Positions 31,212 through 41,354 of a stretch of DNA of 64,000 nucleotides are shown piece by piece; the first letter of the stretch is position 1; each line of letters begins with the position of its first letter. The notes under the pieces are model-generated. The model was not told the origin of the DNA and searched no databases. It was given only the letters and a program-made list of their open reading frames with translations. This stretch comes from Promethearchaeota archaeon. GTDB taxonomy: Archaea > Asgardarchaeota > Heimdallarchaeia > Hodarchaeales > Hodarchaeaceae. A program made the position numbers and the translations under genes. The stretch is from positions 205,383 to 269,382 of the forward strand of contig JBHLMN010000007.1 of NCBI GenBank assembly GCA_048938105.1. The letters run 5' to 3'.

Positions 31212-31796
31212 GTGTTAAAAATCAGCTCTGAAGGAATGAAAATGGACAGAATAAAATTCTTCGGGTTAGGAGGTCAAGGAGTAATAACAGCAGCCAAAAT
31301 CCTCTGTCATGCTGTCTTTATTTATGAAAATAAATTTGCGCGAAATTTCCCAGCATTTGGACAGGAAAGACGGGGAGCACCAGTATTTTCAGATGTAATG
31401 ATAGATTCTGAGCCAATATTGCTAAATTCTTTTGTTTATAACCCTGATTTTGTTATTGTTCTTAATCAAAATATAATTGACAAAGGAATCGATATCGGAA
31501 AAGGAATTCATGATAATACTACGCTTGTTATTAATATTGAAACAGAGAGGATGATTAGTCGATTAAGAAAAGAATTTAACTTTAAAGAAATTCATTATGT
31601 TAATGCTACTAAAATCACTACAGAAATAATAGGTAGTAATATCACTGGTGGAGCCATATTAGGTGCGTTCGCAAATACTGGTGTAGTAAAAATCAAATCA
31701 ATTAATAAATCTTTAACTGAATTTTTTACAAAAGAATTAGGTGAAAAAAACGCAAAAGCAGCCCAAGAAGCCTACAGAAAAATCAAAACGATATAA
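31212..31796 (+). CDS. porG: 2-oxoacid:ferredoxin oxidoreductase gamma subunit
   Basis: GLGGQGVITAA, FPAFGQERRGAPV, VNATKI; start may be ATG 31242. Confidence 0.9.
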   Translation: MLKISSEGMKMDRIKFFGLGGQGVITAAKILCHAVFIYENKFARNFPAFGQERRGAPVFSDVMIDSEPILLNSFVYNPDFVIVLNQNIIDKGIDIGKGIHDNTTLVINIETERMISRLRKEFNFKEIHYVNATKITTEIIGSNITGGAILGAFANTGVVKIKSINKSLTEFFTKELGEKNAKAAQEAYRKIKTI

Positions 31797-32058
31797 AAGA
31801 CTATATGGTCCAGTTGCTACTATTTTTAGTTTCTCAAATACTGGTAGCTTAAGATTAGTAAAACCTCTCGTTGATTTTTCTAGATGTACTAAATGTAGAA
31901 TTTGTGAAAAGTATTGTCCTTCGAATGTCATTGAAATAAAACCTAACAGCGAACGATGTGTTGAAATCGACTGGTTTTTTTGTAAAGGGTGTGGTATATG
32001 CGCAAATGTTTGTCGAATTGGATGTATAGAAATGGTGGAAGAGAAAAATAATGAATAG
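31741..32058 (+). CDS. porD: 2-oxoacid:ferredoxin oxidoreductase delta subunit (2x[4Fe-4S])
   Basis: CTKCRICEKYCP and CKGCGICANVC. Confidence 0.9.
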   Translation: MKKTQKQPKKPTEKSKRYKRLYGPVATIFSFSNTGSLRLVKPLVDFSRCTKCRICEKYCPSNVIEIKPNSERCVEIDWFFCKGCGICANVCRIGCIEMVEEKNNE

Positions 32059-33265
32059 TAGGAAAATGTTGTTGGATGGAAATGAAGCCGCTGCTAATGC
32101 ATTAATGTTAGCGAAAGTTGGGGTCATTTCTACCTATCCAATAACACCTCAAAGCCCAATAGCGGAGAAACTTGCTGAATTTGTTGCACAAGGAAGGCTA
32201 AAAGCGAAGTATATTCTGGTTGAATCAGAACATAGCGCTTTATCTTGTGCCATTGGTGCTCAACTGACGGGAATAAGAGCAGCAACAGCAACCTCATCTG
32301 TTGGACTTGCATATATGCATGAAGTACTAGGTGTGGCCTCTGGCTGTCGGATTCCTATCATCATGCCAGTTGTAAATAGAGCACTTGTTAGTCCTTGGAG
32401 TCTATGGTGTGATCATCAAGACACAATGGCTGAAAGAGATTCAGGATGGCTTCAATTTTACGTAGAAAATGTTCAGGAAATCCTTGATATACTGTTAATA
32501 GCTTATAAAATAGCTGAACATAAAGATATTTTATTACCTGCAATGGTTTGTATGGATGGATTTTTTGTATCTCATTCTAATCAGTCTGTAATGGTTCCAG
32601 ATCAACAAACTGTAGATAACTTTCTTCCGAATTATGAATCTAAAAACTTATTTCTTGATCCAAGAAACCCCATGTTTATTAATGACTTAACTTCACCAGA
32701 TGAATTTTCCGAAATGAGATTTCAACAGAAAATGGCTTTTAAAAATGCTTTAAAAATAATCCCAGAGATCCAAGAAGAGTTTTTTGTAAAGCTTGGCAGA
32801 AAATATGAAATGCTAGAGCCTTATCAAAGTGAAGATGCAGATGTAATTCTTGTAACAATTGGTTCTATGTCTGGTACAGCAAAATATGTAGTTAAAAAGA
32901 TGAGGAAAAAAGGTAATAAAGTTGGAATCTTAAAAATAAGTTCTTTCAGACCTTTTCCGGTACAACAGCTTCAGAAGGCAGTCAAAGAAAAAATAATACT
33001 TGGAGTTTTAGATAGAAGCGCGGGTTTAGGCGCTCAAGGGGGGCCTGTGTATCTCGAAGTGACTTCTGCATTGAAAAATAGAGAAATACAAATTTACAGC
33101 TATATTGTAGGATTAGGTGGAAGAGATATCTCAGAAATAACAATAGAAAGAATATTTACCGAATTGATGCAAATTAAGAAAAGACAATTATCTAAACCAA
33201 GAAAAACTTGGATCGACTCTCGGGAGAATGCGCTAGATATCAGGCTGGTGAAACTCAATGACTGA
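32051..33265 (+). CDS. porA: 2-oxoacid:ferredoxin oxidoreductase alpha subunit
   Basis: GNEAAA, YPITPQS, ESEHSA, ATSSVGL, DGFFVSH, GLGGRD. Confidence 0.93.
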   Translation: MNSRKMLLDGNEAAANALMLAKVGVISTYPITPQSPIAEKLAEFVAQGRLKAKYILVESEHSALSCAIGAQLTGIRAATATSSVGLAYMHEVLGVASGCRIPIIMPVVNRALVSPWSLWCDHQDTMAERDSGWLQFYVENVQEILDILLIAYKIAEHKDILLPAMVCMDGFFVSHSNQSVMVPDQQTVDNFLPNYESKNLFLDPRNPMFINDLTSPDEFSEMRFQQKMAFKNALKIIPEIQEEFFVKLGRKYEMLEPYQSEDADVILVTIGSMSGTAKYVVKKMRKKGNKVGILKISSFRPFPVQQLQKAVKEKIILGVLDRSAGLGAQGGPVYLEVTSALKNREIQIYSYIVGLGGRDISEITIERIFTELMQIKKRQLSKPRKTWIDSRENALDIRLVKLND

Positions 33266-34109
33266 ACATAATTTGAAATCAAAAGGTTTAGTATCCCATG
33301 GAGTCAGTACATGTTCGGGATGTGGATTGGAGCTCGCAATTAGAAAAGTCTTGGATGTACTGGGAGAGAATATTGTTATAGTAATACCCCCAGGTTGTGC
33401 AGCACTCTTTTCAGGATTTGGAAACGAAACAGCTTTGAAAATACCAGGAATTCAAGGCAATCTTGCAAATACAGCAGCTTATGCAGCAGGTATAAAAGCT
33501 GGACTCGAAGTTCAAGGGAAAACCGATATTCTAGTCTTAGCATTTGCAGGTGATGGTGCTACTGCTGACATAGGAATCCAAGCTCTTTCAGGTGCGTTTG
33601 AAAGGGGAGATAATATAATCTACGTGTGTTATGATAATGAAGCATATATGAATACAGGCATTCAAAGGAGTAGTTCAACTCCTTATAATGCAAAGACTAC
33701 AACAACCCCAAAAGGTAAGGTTTCATCCAAAAAAGATATGATAAAGATAGCTGCAGCTCATGAGATTCCATATACTGCCTCTGCTTCAATAGGATATCTT
33801 GATGATCTGAAAAGAAAGATAGAGAAAGCAAAAAGTGTCAACGGCCCCTCATATATACATATTCATACTCCATGTCCAACTGGATGGTTATTTGATCCAT
33901 CCAAAACTATAGAAGTCGCAAAAGCTGCAGTTCAAACAGGTATATGGCTTCTTTGTGAAATTGAAAATGGAAAGCAAAAAGTGACGAAAAAAATTAGCAA
34001 ATTAAAACCTGTTGAAGAATATATCAAATTACAAGGAAGGTTTAATCATCTTTCTGGAGACGATATTAAGAATATACAAGAAAGGGCAAAAAAATCAGCT
34101 TTTTTCTAA
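33258..34109 (+). CDS. porB: 2-oxoacid:ferredoxin oxidoreductase beta subunit (TPP-binding)
   Basis: CSGCG, GDGATADIG, YDNEAYMNTGIQRS, PCPTGW, QGRF. Confidence 0.93.
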   Translation: MTEHNLKSKGLVSHGVSTCSGCGLELAIRKVLDVLGENIVIVIPPGCAALFSGFGNETALKIPGIQGNLANTAAYAAGIKAGLEVQGKTDILVLAFAGDGATADIGIQALSGAFERGDNIIYVCYDNEAYMNTGIQRSSSTPYNAKTTTTPKGKVSSKKDMIKIAAAHEIPYTASASIGYLDDLKRKIEKAKSVNGPSYIHIHTPCPTGWLFDPSKTIEVAKAAVQTGIWLLCEIENGKQKVTKKISKLKPVEEYIKLQGRFNHLSGDDIKNIQERAKKSAFF

Positions 34110-34222
34110 TAAAATACCTTAAGACTCTTCTGTATGAAGTTTCAGCTCAAGGACCAACTTCTGGTAATTCTAAGTATTTTTCAGATCCTTGTTTACTATA
34201 TCAATTCTATCTTATTTTATCC

Positions 34223-34819
34223 TTATTTATATCCAAGACGAGGAAAAAATCGCCCTGTGTTTCTCATGTAATCCAAGTATTCTTCACCAAACTGTTCAAT
34301 GAGAAGCTCTTCTTCAGCCTTGACTATCCAAAAGAATGGAATAGCAACAAAAATGGCTAATACGATGAGTAATAGGTTTGCTGAAATCAAAGAAACGGAA
34401 AGAGAAAATAAATTTAGAGTAGTATACATTGGATGACGGACTCTACTGTAAGGTCCTATTGTTATTAGCCTGTGATCCGTTTGTATTTCTAACTTCGCTG
34501 AATATTGTCTTCCCAATGTCCGATGAATCCATACAGTAAATACTATGGCGATTCCAGCCATTCCAACTCCAAACCATCGAATCAATGGTGGTAGAGTAAT
34601 CTGAAACAAATATATAGTTTGGGGAAGGACGATCCATAAGCCCATAACCAAGAAGTATCCCAGAATCGCTACAATTAGGATTATTATGGATTTGGTCTTC
34701 TGGGTATACTCTTTTTCACTTGTTCTACCGAGTGTTTGACTCCTGTAATAAATTCTTACTCCAGCAAAGACTGCATAGAGAGATATGAATAGTATCCTGA
34801 ACATGAGTTCTTCATCCAC
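34223..34819 (-). CDS. Isoprenylcysteine carboxyl methyltransferase family protein
   Basis: LGRQYS, HRLITIGPYSRVRHPMY, EEELLIEQFGEEY..Y...TGRFFP. Confidence 0.9.
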   Translation of the reverse strand: MDEELMFRILFISLYAVFAGVRIYYRSQTLGRTSEKEYTQKTKSIIILIVAILGYFLVMGLWIVLPQTIYLFQITLPPLIRWFGVGMAGIAIVFTVWIHRTLGRQYSAKLEIQTDHRLITIGPYSRVRHPMYTTLNLFSLSVSLISANLLLIVLAIFVAIPFFWIVKAEEELLIEQFGEEYLDYMRNTGRFFPRLGYK

Positions 34820-35179
34820 GGATTCTCACCTTTTAATTACTCAAACAACTTTAGAAAAACCTTTCATTTTTGTAAAAACATTCCAGCAAGTATACTTTGT
34901 CTCAATTTGATATTGAGTTTAATAATATTATAGCTTATGGAAGGGAGTAAAAATTTTCCTCAAGTTATAAGAGACATTCGATTATTTTTACAAAGATAGT
35001 ATTTTTGGAATCTTTTTAACTAATTGAGATAAGAATGGAATAATATTCACAATCTACAATAAACCCCGAAGAATAGAGGAAAAGATAAGTTGATATTCGG
35101 AGGACTTCTTTAGTTCGCTTTTTTAACTTGATCTTCTGAATCTAAAAGTAATCAAATTAACTTCCGAGACTGAGGTAAA

Positions 35180-35512
35180 ATGTTGGTTCATGAAAAACAA
35201 GAGAAAACACTTTTCCAAATATCTGAAGATAATTCTGGCGAACTTAAACCTTATAAAAGCTCCTCTCGCTTATTAAAGAAGGATTCTGTTTATGTATTAT
35301 TGGATAACACATTGAAAAAGATTTTTTTGTGGATTGGACAATCAGCTAATGTTCGTTCAAGGTTTATCGCATCTACAGCAGCCCAGAAATTGAGGAATAT
35401 GACTGGTTTAACCTATCGAGTAATCACTATTGATCAAGGTGGAGAATCAAAGGAATTTATGAAAGCATTATCACCAATGACTATTCCTGCGGTTCTTGAG
35501 AGAATAGTTTGA
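35180..35512 (+). CDS. Single-domain gelsolin-like protein (Asgard eukaryotic signature protein)
   Basis: LKKDSVYVLLD...IFLWIGQSA...RFIA...A..L...IDQGGESKEF matches the gelsolin-repeat consensus. Confidence 0.82.
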   Translation: MLVHEKQEKTLFQISEDNSGELKPYKSSSRLLKKDSVYVLLDNTLKKIFLWIGQSANVRSRFIASTAAQKLRNMTGLTYRVITIDQGGESKEFMKALSPMTIPAVLERIV

Positions 35513-35774
35513 AAACTTTGCAATTTCTTCATCAATCATCGTTTAATCCATGAAAAACTTAGCAAGTGTTTTGTACAATATATCTGTTTATTATACCACC
35601 TATATCGATAAACCTTTCCTGAAGATCAAAGTCTCTTTAATGATTAAGAAATAGTCCTGTTTACAAGTTTAAGCTATAATATTAGTGATTATTCATGAAA
35701 TAAAAGAATTTCTAAGATTTTTAATTACACTCTTGTAGCTTTTTAATAAATCTATTTACTTCTTTCACTAGGCG

Positions 35775-36782
35775 ATGTCTTTGTCTTATTGCCGATTATG
35801 CTGGGGTTGTATTTTCATTGTTTTATCTTTCGTAACAATCAGTCAATCAAGAGGTTGTACGATATTTACTATTTCATCTCCTGATGATAAGCAAGTATTC
35901 TTTGGAAGCAATGAGGATCATAAGTATAAGTATCGTAATATTACCGCAATCTGGTTCAAACCAGGTGACAATGAGCTTTTTGGAGCTGCTTATACGGGCT
36001 GGTATATACCTGATTATCAGTGGGAAGGGTGCACATGGGATGAATTACTAATGGGGGGATTAAATTCAGAGGGGTTATGTTTCGATATGAATGGAGTTCC
36101 AGCATCAGAAGTGGTTATCAATAAGTCAAAACCTTTATGGCCTTCCAAATGCTATACTGTGTATGCATTAGAACACTGTTCAACAGTGGAGGAGGTGATT
36201 GAATTATATAGAACATATAGATTTCCTGATATCACACCATCATCTTTACAACTTCATTATGCGGACGCATCAGGCGATGCTGTAGTCATAAGTATAGACA
36301 CCAATGGATCACTGGCATTTACGAGGAAAAATAATTGAACTTTTCTTATATCAACAAATTATAATTTAGTTAACCCTGATGCTGGTGGATATCCCTGCTC
36401 TCGTTATAACACTGCGGAATCTATGTTAGAAAGTATTGAACAACAAGGAAATCTTTCAGTTAAAGACCTCGAGAAAGTTTTAGATGCAGTCCATGCAGAA
36501 GATCCTCAAAGTGAGGATAATTCAATTCAAACTCTCTATACTACTATTTATGATTTAAAGAATAAAGACATCTATTTATATTATTTTCATGATTACGATC
36601 GTGCAATTAAACTAAATCTAGAAACTGAACTAGCTAATGGATTTACTTATTATTTACTTGAGGATTTATACTCAACAACTTCTACCACTAGTCTTCCACA
36701 TGATTTAGTTTTATTTCCAGGATTAGGTCTGATCCTTTGGTTATCGTTTAATCGTCTAAAGAAGAAACATCGTGAAAAGTAA
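35775..36782 (+). pseudogene. Secreted Ntn-hydrolase (choloylglycine hydrolase/C45-like) with one in-frame TGA at 36336-36338
   Basis: Signal peptide + CTIF nucleophile, GSNED, GGLNSEGL; the two track ORFs share a frame and the gap reads RKNN*TFLISTNYNL...YPCSRY; C-terminal TM + basic tail. Confidence 0.75.
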
Positions 36783-36903
36783 GGTAAAAATCCATTATGT
36801 AATGTAGAAAACTTTGAGTAGAAAGAACCCATAGAGGTCTATTGAAATAAACTACCAGATTTTACGAACAATCAAAAAAATGCTGTTAAAGCCGTCTAAA
36901 TCC

Positions 36904-37614
36904 TTATAATACTGCATCAAACAATGTTATAGGACGTCCCACAGGATTCTTCTTTTTAGAGTATTGAACAACATATCCTTTCGTAATTAACCTTGTTAGG
37001 CTATCATAAATTGTGCTGCGAGCAACATCAGTCAAACGAACCAATTCAGGACGGGACAGAGGGCCATACGCTTTTAAAATCTCGAGTAAAACATGATCTA
37101 AGTCATGTTTCAATATTGGTTGTTCAGATGTTCTTATAGAACCCTGCTCCCATGACGTTGATTGCAGCAATAGAATTCTAAAAAGAAGAGAGTCAGCTCT
37201 ATTGTCTAATGAGGCAAATAGATCCAAAGCTTCTCGCTGAACAATTGAAATAATTTTAGATATAGGTGTTATTTCAGGTAATCCAAGAAGATCTCGGAGA
37301 GTGGTAATCTCAACATATAGTTGGTTCAATTGAGTGAAATTTAATGAAAGTTTCAATGCATGACGAATCTCTTCTAACTTCAGATAAAAGTAGTAATGTT
37401 GCTTAATTGGAGATAATGATGGAAGATCCAATTCTTGTTGCATTCTTTTAAGGAAGCTCCATGTGGCCATTACTACTCTTTCAGAAATGTTACCTCTTAA
37501 TCTTAACAGCTTTCGGAGCTCCTTGAGTTCCTTTTCTTCACTCAATCTACCCATTTCGGGCGCTATAATACCATTATAACTCATGATTTTCCATCTGTCA
37601 CAAATTGAATTCAT
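36904..37614 (-). CDS. Protein with a C-terminal winged-helix (TrmB-type) DNA-binding domain
   Basis: GPLSRPELVRLTDVARSTIYDSLTRLITKGYV...GRP. Confidence 0.75.
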   Translation of the reverse strand: MNSICDRWKIMSYNGIIAPEMGRLSEEKELKELRKLLRLRGNISERVVMATWSFLKRMQQELDLPSLSPIKQHYYFYLKLEEIRHALKLSLNFTQLNQLYVEITTLRDLLGLPEITPISKIISIVQREALDLFASLDNRADSLLFRILLLQSTSWEQGSIRTSEQPILKHDLDHVLLEILKAYGPLSRPELVRLTDVARSTIYDSLTRLITKGYVVQYSKKKNPVGRPITLFDAVL

Positions 37615-38015
37615 AACTAAGTCTGAAATGATATTTCAAACTCAATGTCTACATGAGACGGGATCCTGATAAGTCACGAAGTTGTTCGAAAATGACACAT
37701 CTCAAGAAAAATTGTCACATGTCATGTCAGAATTATCCAAGTAAATTGGGAAGAGGAAGGATAAAGGAGATTCAAGAAATAATTCGATGATTCCGACGAA
37801 AATTATATTATGTTAAGCTGACAAAAGATCGTCTAGTTTACCTAATTAAACTTGGCGGGGAAGAATATTGGTTTTCATTATCCTGTTTTGTCCGAGTATA
37901 TCTAATCTTATTCATTAAATCTGAATTATTTTCGGTTTTATGGCATCCAATTAGTTATCAGAAAGAAATTACTACTTTAGGATTAAGATGACGATCAATG
38001 ACAAAGATGATTTTT

Positions 38016-38330
38016 CTAAAAATTCGGGGCTTCTTTGATAAATTGCTTCAATTGAGTTAATGTTTCATAATAGACCTCAATCCCCTTTTCAGTAACATCT
38101 ACTAGAACTCTCGGACCTTTGATCGTTATAACGTATCTTTGCTCAATATATTGGGCTTTTTGTAATTGCTTAACGTGAGCTGTTAATGCTCCCCATGTTA
38201 ATTGACACTTTTTTTGTAGATCTCCTTGAGTTAAGGGACCAATCGCAACAAGTAGGCTTATAATAAGTAAACGCTTGACATTGAAAAGTACAGGATCAAG
38301 TTCCTTGAAATGATTAACCCAACTAGTCAC
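38016..38330 (-). CDS. Winged-helix transcriptional regulator (MarR/ArsR-like)
   Basis: LDPVLFNVKRL, LTWGALTAHVKQLQKAQYI, VTEKG. Confidence 0.85.
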   Translation of the reverse strand: MTSWVNHFKELDPVLFNVKRLLIISLLVAIGPLTQGDLQKKCQLTWGALTAHVKQLQKAQYIEQRYVITIKGPRVLVDVTEKGIEVYYETLTQLKQFIKEAPNF

Positions 38331-38932
38331 TTACTTACGACCTTCTTCTCAGCTTGATACATCGAATAAGAGGTGCTTAAAGAAGCTAAGATTAAAGCAA
38401 TCCCTGGAGTAAGAAAGACGTTTGGTTCACCTGGTAATAATGACAAAACTAGAAATACAATGGGTGAGGTAACCAGTAAAGCTATTCCAAGCAATAAGAT
38501 AGGTCTTGTAAAGAGCATGTTTCTGCTAAAATGATATTGCTCTGCAGTTAGTCCTACTATCAAACTACTGATTCCAAGAAGGGGAAACCAAAGAAAATGT
38601 ACTGAAACTGGATTAGCAAAGATATAATTGATGACATAACCAATAGTAATGATTGCAGGATATACGATTACCCATAAACCTAATTTAATTCTTCTAAAAA
38701 CATGTCTAAATACATAGATATGAACCATAATTGCAAAAATTGAGACAATAGCCCAGAAAACTAAAAAAATCCAGATCAAGTCAAATAATGACTCCACGAT
38801 AATTAAACTGCTACTGATGATCGCCATAATAACAAGATTTCCTAAAGCATAAGCGAGAGTTTGCCGATATACTGATAAATCGGCTGATATTTGCATTAGT
38901 TGAGTAGCATTCCAAACATCTTTTTCATCCAA
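38327..38932 (-). CDS. Membrane protein (about 6 TM)
   Basis: Hydrophobic; GTGA overlap with the regulator. Confidence 0.75.
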   Translation of the reverse strand: MDEKDVWNATQLMQISADLSVYRQTLAYALGNLVIMAIISSSLIIVESLFDLIWIFLVFWAIVSIFAIMVHIYVFRHVFRRIKLGLWVIVYPAIITIGYVINYIFANPVSVHFLWFPLLGISSLIVGLTAEQYHFSRNMLFTRPILLLGIALLVTSPIVFLVLSLLPGEPNVFLTPGIALILASLSTSYSMYQAEKKVVSK

Positions 38933-39015
38933 TCCTAATATCTCCTAAATAATTTCTCTGAAAAAATTATCGATTTTAATAATTTTCTAATTTAAAATAG
39001 CAGGAAATAAATGAT

Positions 39016-39837
39016 TCATTGGTATAATGTCTTTCTTTGGAATAATCTAATTCCAATAAAAGTGGTAATAAATAGAATGACCAGAATGATAATAAAAGAT
39101 CCCCAAAGTGGCAAAGTACTATATTCTGCATTGATAATGTTTTGAGCATTCAAGCGTAAGGTATCACTCCAGATATCATCACCTAGAATTACTACTTGTT
39201 GATATAACTGATTCGCCCAGAATGGGGGACATAAATAAACAATGGGGTGTTCAAAGGGTATCATCGCTCCACTAAGAAAAAGCATTGGCATAACATACAT
39301 CATGGAGAGGCTGACAGCCGCGTTTGCAGTTTTAGCATTAGCAGAGATAATAATCCCTATTCCAAGGGTCGAAATACCAAAAACATAAACAATGAAAAAG
39401 CCAAGAATAAGTAGATAGGGATTTTTCTCATACCAATGTGCCCCAAGAAAACCATAGCTAATGCAAAACATCAAAATTAGTTGGATAACTAAGAAAAATG
39501 ATTCACTCAATAAAGTTCCAATGAAAATCTTAGCACGACCAACGGGGGTTGTATCAAGCCTAGTTAATGTTAAATGTTCTTTTTCAGCCGTGAGTGAAGT
39601 TGCCGCGTTTATCGTACCGAAAGAGGCAGTGTAAATAAGCATACCTGAGACAGCTAAGTCAAAAACAGTTATTCCACCTGATGCTATGGTCATTGGTTTA
39701 AATATAAAGTAAAATAAGCCTGTGAATAGTAATGGAAATCCAAATGAATAGAGATATGTTTGATAATTCCGTAGTTTAATCTTAAGATTCTTTATAGCTA
39801 TTACATTAATTATGTGAATCTGTTTATTAAAACTCAT
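39016..39837 (-). CDS. ABC-2 type exporter permease
   Basis: EKEHLTLTRLDTTPV, FLSGAMIP; 6 TM. Confidence 0.9.
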   Translation of the reverse strand: MSFNKQIHIINVIAIKNLKIKLRNYQTYLYSFGFPLLFTGLFYFIFKPMTIASGGITVFDLAVSGMLIYTASFGTINAATSLTAEKEHLTLTRLDTTPVGRAKIFIGTLLSESFFLVIQLILMFCISYGFLGAHWYEKNPYLLILGFFIVYVFGISTLGIGIIISANAKTANAAVSLSMMYVMPMLFLSGAMIPFEHPIVYLCPPFWANQLYQQVVILGDDIWSDTLRLNAQNIINAEYSTLPLWGSFIIILVILFITTFIGIRLFQRKTLYQ

Positions 39838-40784
39838 GTTCTTAACCTTCGTCCAGTCAAATGTAAAAATACATCTTCTAAAGTAGTTTGTCTTAAACTC
39901 ATGCTTTCAATTTCAGTTACATCCTTGATTGCTTTCTCTTGTAAGATCTTGATGAAGCTGATAATTCCACCGTCAAAATATACGTTCACTTTTTTATCAC
40001 CCTCTATTATTACCTGTTTTATGAAAGAATTTGACTCTATTACATTCTTAAATTCGTAAGCTTTATTATTTTGATTGAAAATGACTTCTAAAATGTTTTT
40101 CTCACTATACTTTTCTTTTAGTGCTTCTGGAGTCCCTTCAGCGATGATTTTACCATTGTTTACGATTACCACGCGATCACTGAGCATTTCAGCCTCATAC
40201 ATATCATGTGTAGTTAAAATAATGGTTTTACCACTTTCTTTTAACTCTTTTATGTAATCCCAGACAACGTGCTTAGCCTGAGGGTCTAACCCTGCACTAG
40301 GTTCATCAAGAAACAATATATCAGGGTTCATAATAAGAGCAATCGCAATGTTAAGACGGCGCTTCATTCCTCCTGAAAAATTTTTTGTTCTATCTTTTCG
40401 ATTATCCAAACCCAACTTTTTAAGGATTTTTAGGGCTTCTAGTTTTAATTCCTTCTTTTGAAATCCATGCATAGTTCCAAAAAACATCAGATTTTCTTCT
40501 GCACTAAGTTCCTCATAAAAAACATAATCTTGAGGAACAGTACCTATCATAGATTTGATAATAGAGGCTTCATTTAGAACATCTACTCCATTGATTAAGG
40601 CTGTGCCTTCATCAGGTTTGAGTATTGTTGTTAGGATCTTGATTAATGTTGTTTTTCCAGCACCATTAGGACCCAAAACACTAACAAGTTCGCCTCGTTT
40701 TACATAAATCTCAATATGATCTAAAACCACTATATTATTATAGATTTTAGTTAAATCACTTGTTTCTATAGCTAGATCAATCAT
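39834..40784 (-). CDS. ABC transporter ATP-binding protein (DrrA-like)
   Basis: GPNGAGKTT, FSGGMKRR, FLDEP, TTH, TLEDVFL.LTG. Confidence 0.95.
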   Translation of the reverse strand: MIDLAIETSDLTKIYNNIVVLDHIEIYVKRGELVSVLGPNGAGKTTLIKILTTILKPDEGTALINGVDVLNEASIIKSMIGTVPQDYVFYEELSAEENLMFFGTMHGFQKKELKLEALKILKKLGLDNRKDRTKNFSGGMKRRLNIAIALIMNPDILFLDEPSAGLDPQAKHVVWDYIKELKESGKTIILTTHDMYEAEMLSDRVVIVNNGKIIAEGTPEALKEKYSEKNILEVIFNQNNKAYEFKNVIESNSFIKQVIIEGDKKVNVYFDGGIISFIKILQEKAIKDVTEIESMSLRQTTLEDVFLHLTGRRLRT

Positions 40785-41003
40785 TTTTTACCCATCTTTA
40801 TCTCATTTCTTTTTTAATAGTCAAATTTTTATCAAATTTCTATCTTAATAAATATGGAAGAGACTTTGTTCTGCAAAGTGCACAAAATCTCGATATGGGG
40901 TTGATGGGGTATATAACTTCCAGAGAAAAAACTACAAATCTATGATAATTCAAGCAATTAACGTCTTTTTTTATTTAAGAAATCAAAGTAGAGATGAGAT
41001 ATC

Positions 41004-41339
41004 ATGTCTTTTATCAATCTTCAGGAGATAGTTGAACGAGAAGTTGTTCCTGGATTTAATGGAAGATTTATTCACTCAGAAAATGTCACAGTGGTTCACT
41101 GGTCAATTGCAGCAGGGTCAGTACTATCTGAACACAATCATCCTCACGAACAGATAACAAACATTATCAGAGGAGAATTAGAACTAACAATGGAAGGTGT
41201 AACGAAAAGATTGAAATCCGGAGAAGTTGCTGTTGTTCCTTCTGATGTAAAACATCATGGTAGGGCAATTACTGAATGTTATGTTATTGATGTATTCTAT
41301 CCAATAAGGGAAGATTATAGAGTTAAACTGAATGAATAA
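41004..41339 (+). CDS. Cupin domain protein
   Basis: HNHPHEQ, VPSDVKH, DVFYPIREDY. Confidence 0.9.
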   Translation: MSFINLQEIVEREVVPGFNGRFIHSENVTVVHWSIAAGSVLSEHNHPHEQITNIIRGELELTMEGVTKRLKSGEVAVVPSDVKHHGRAITECYVIDVFYPIREDYRVKLNE

Positions 41340-41354
41340 GAAACGTGGAGCACA

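Noticed and set aside
37692-37991. 100-codon + strand frame with one internal TGA at 37788 (MTHLKKNCH...IIR*FRRKLYY...)
   Set aside because: No recognisable motif or RBS and it occupies the probable promoter region of 36904-37614; not counted as a fourth TGA case
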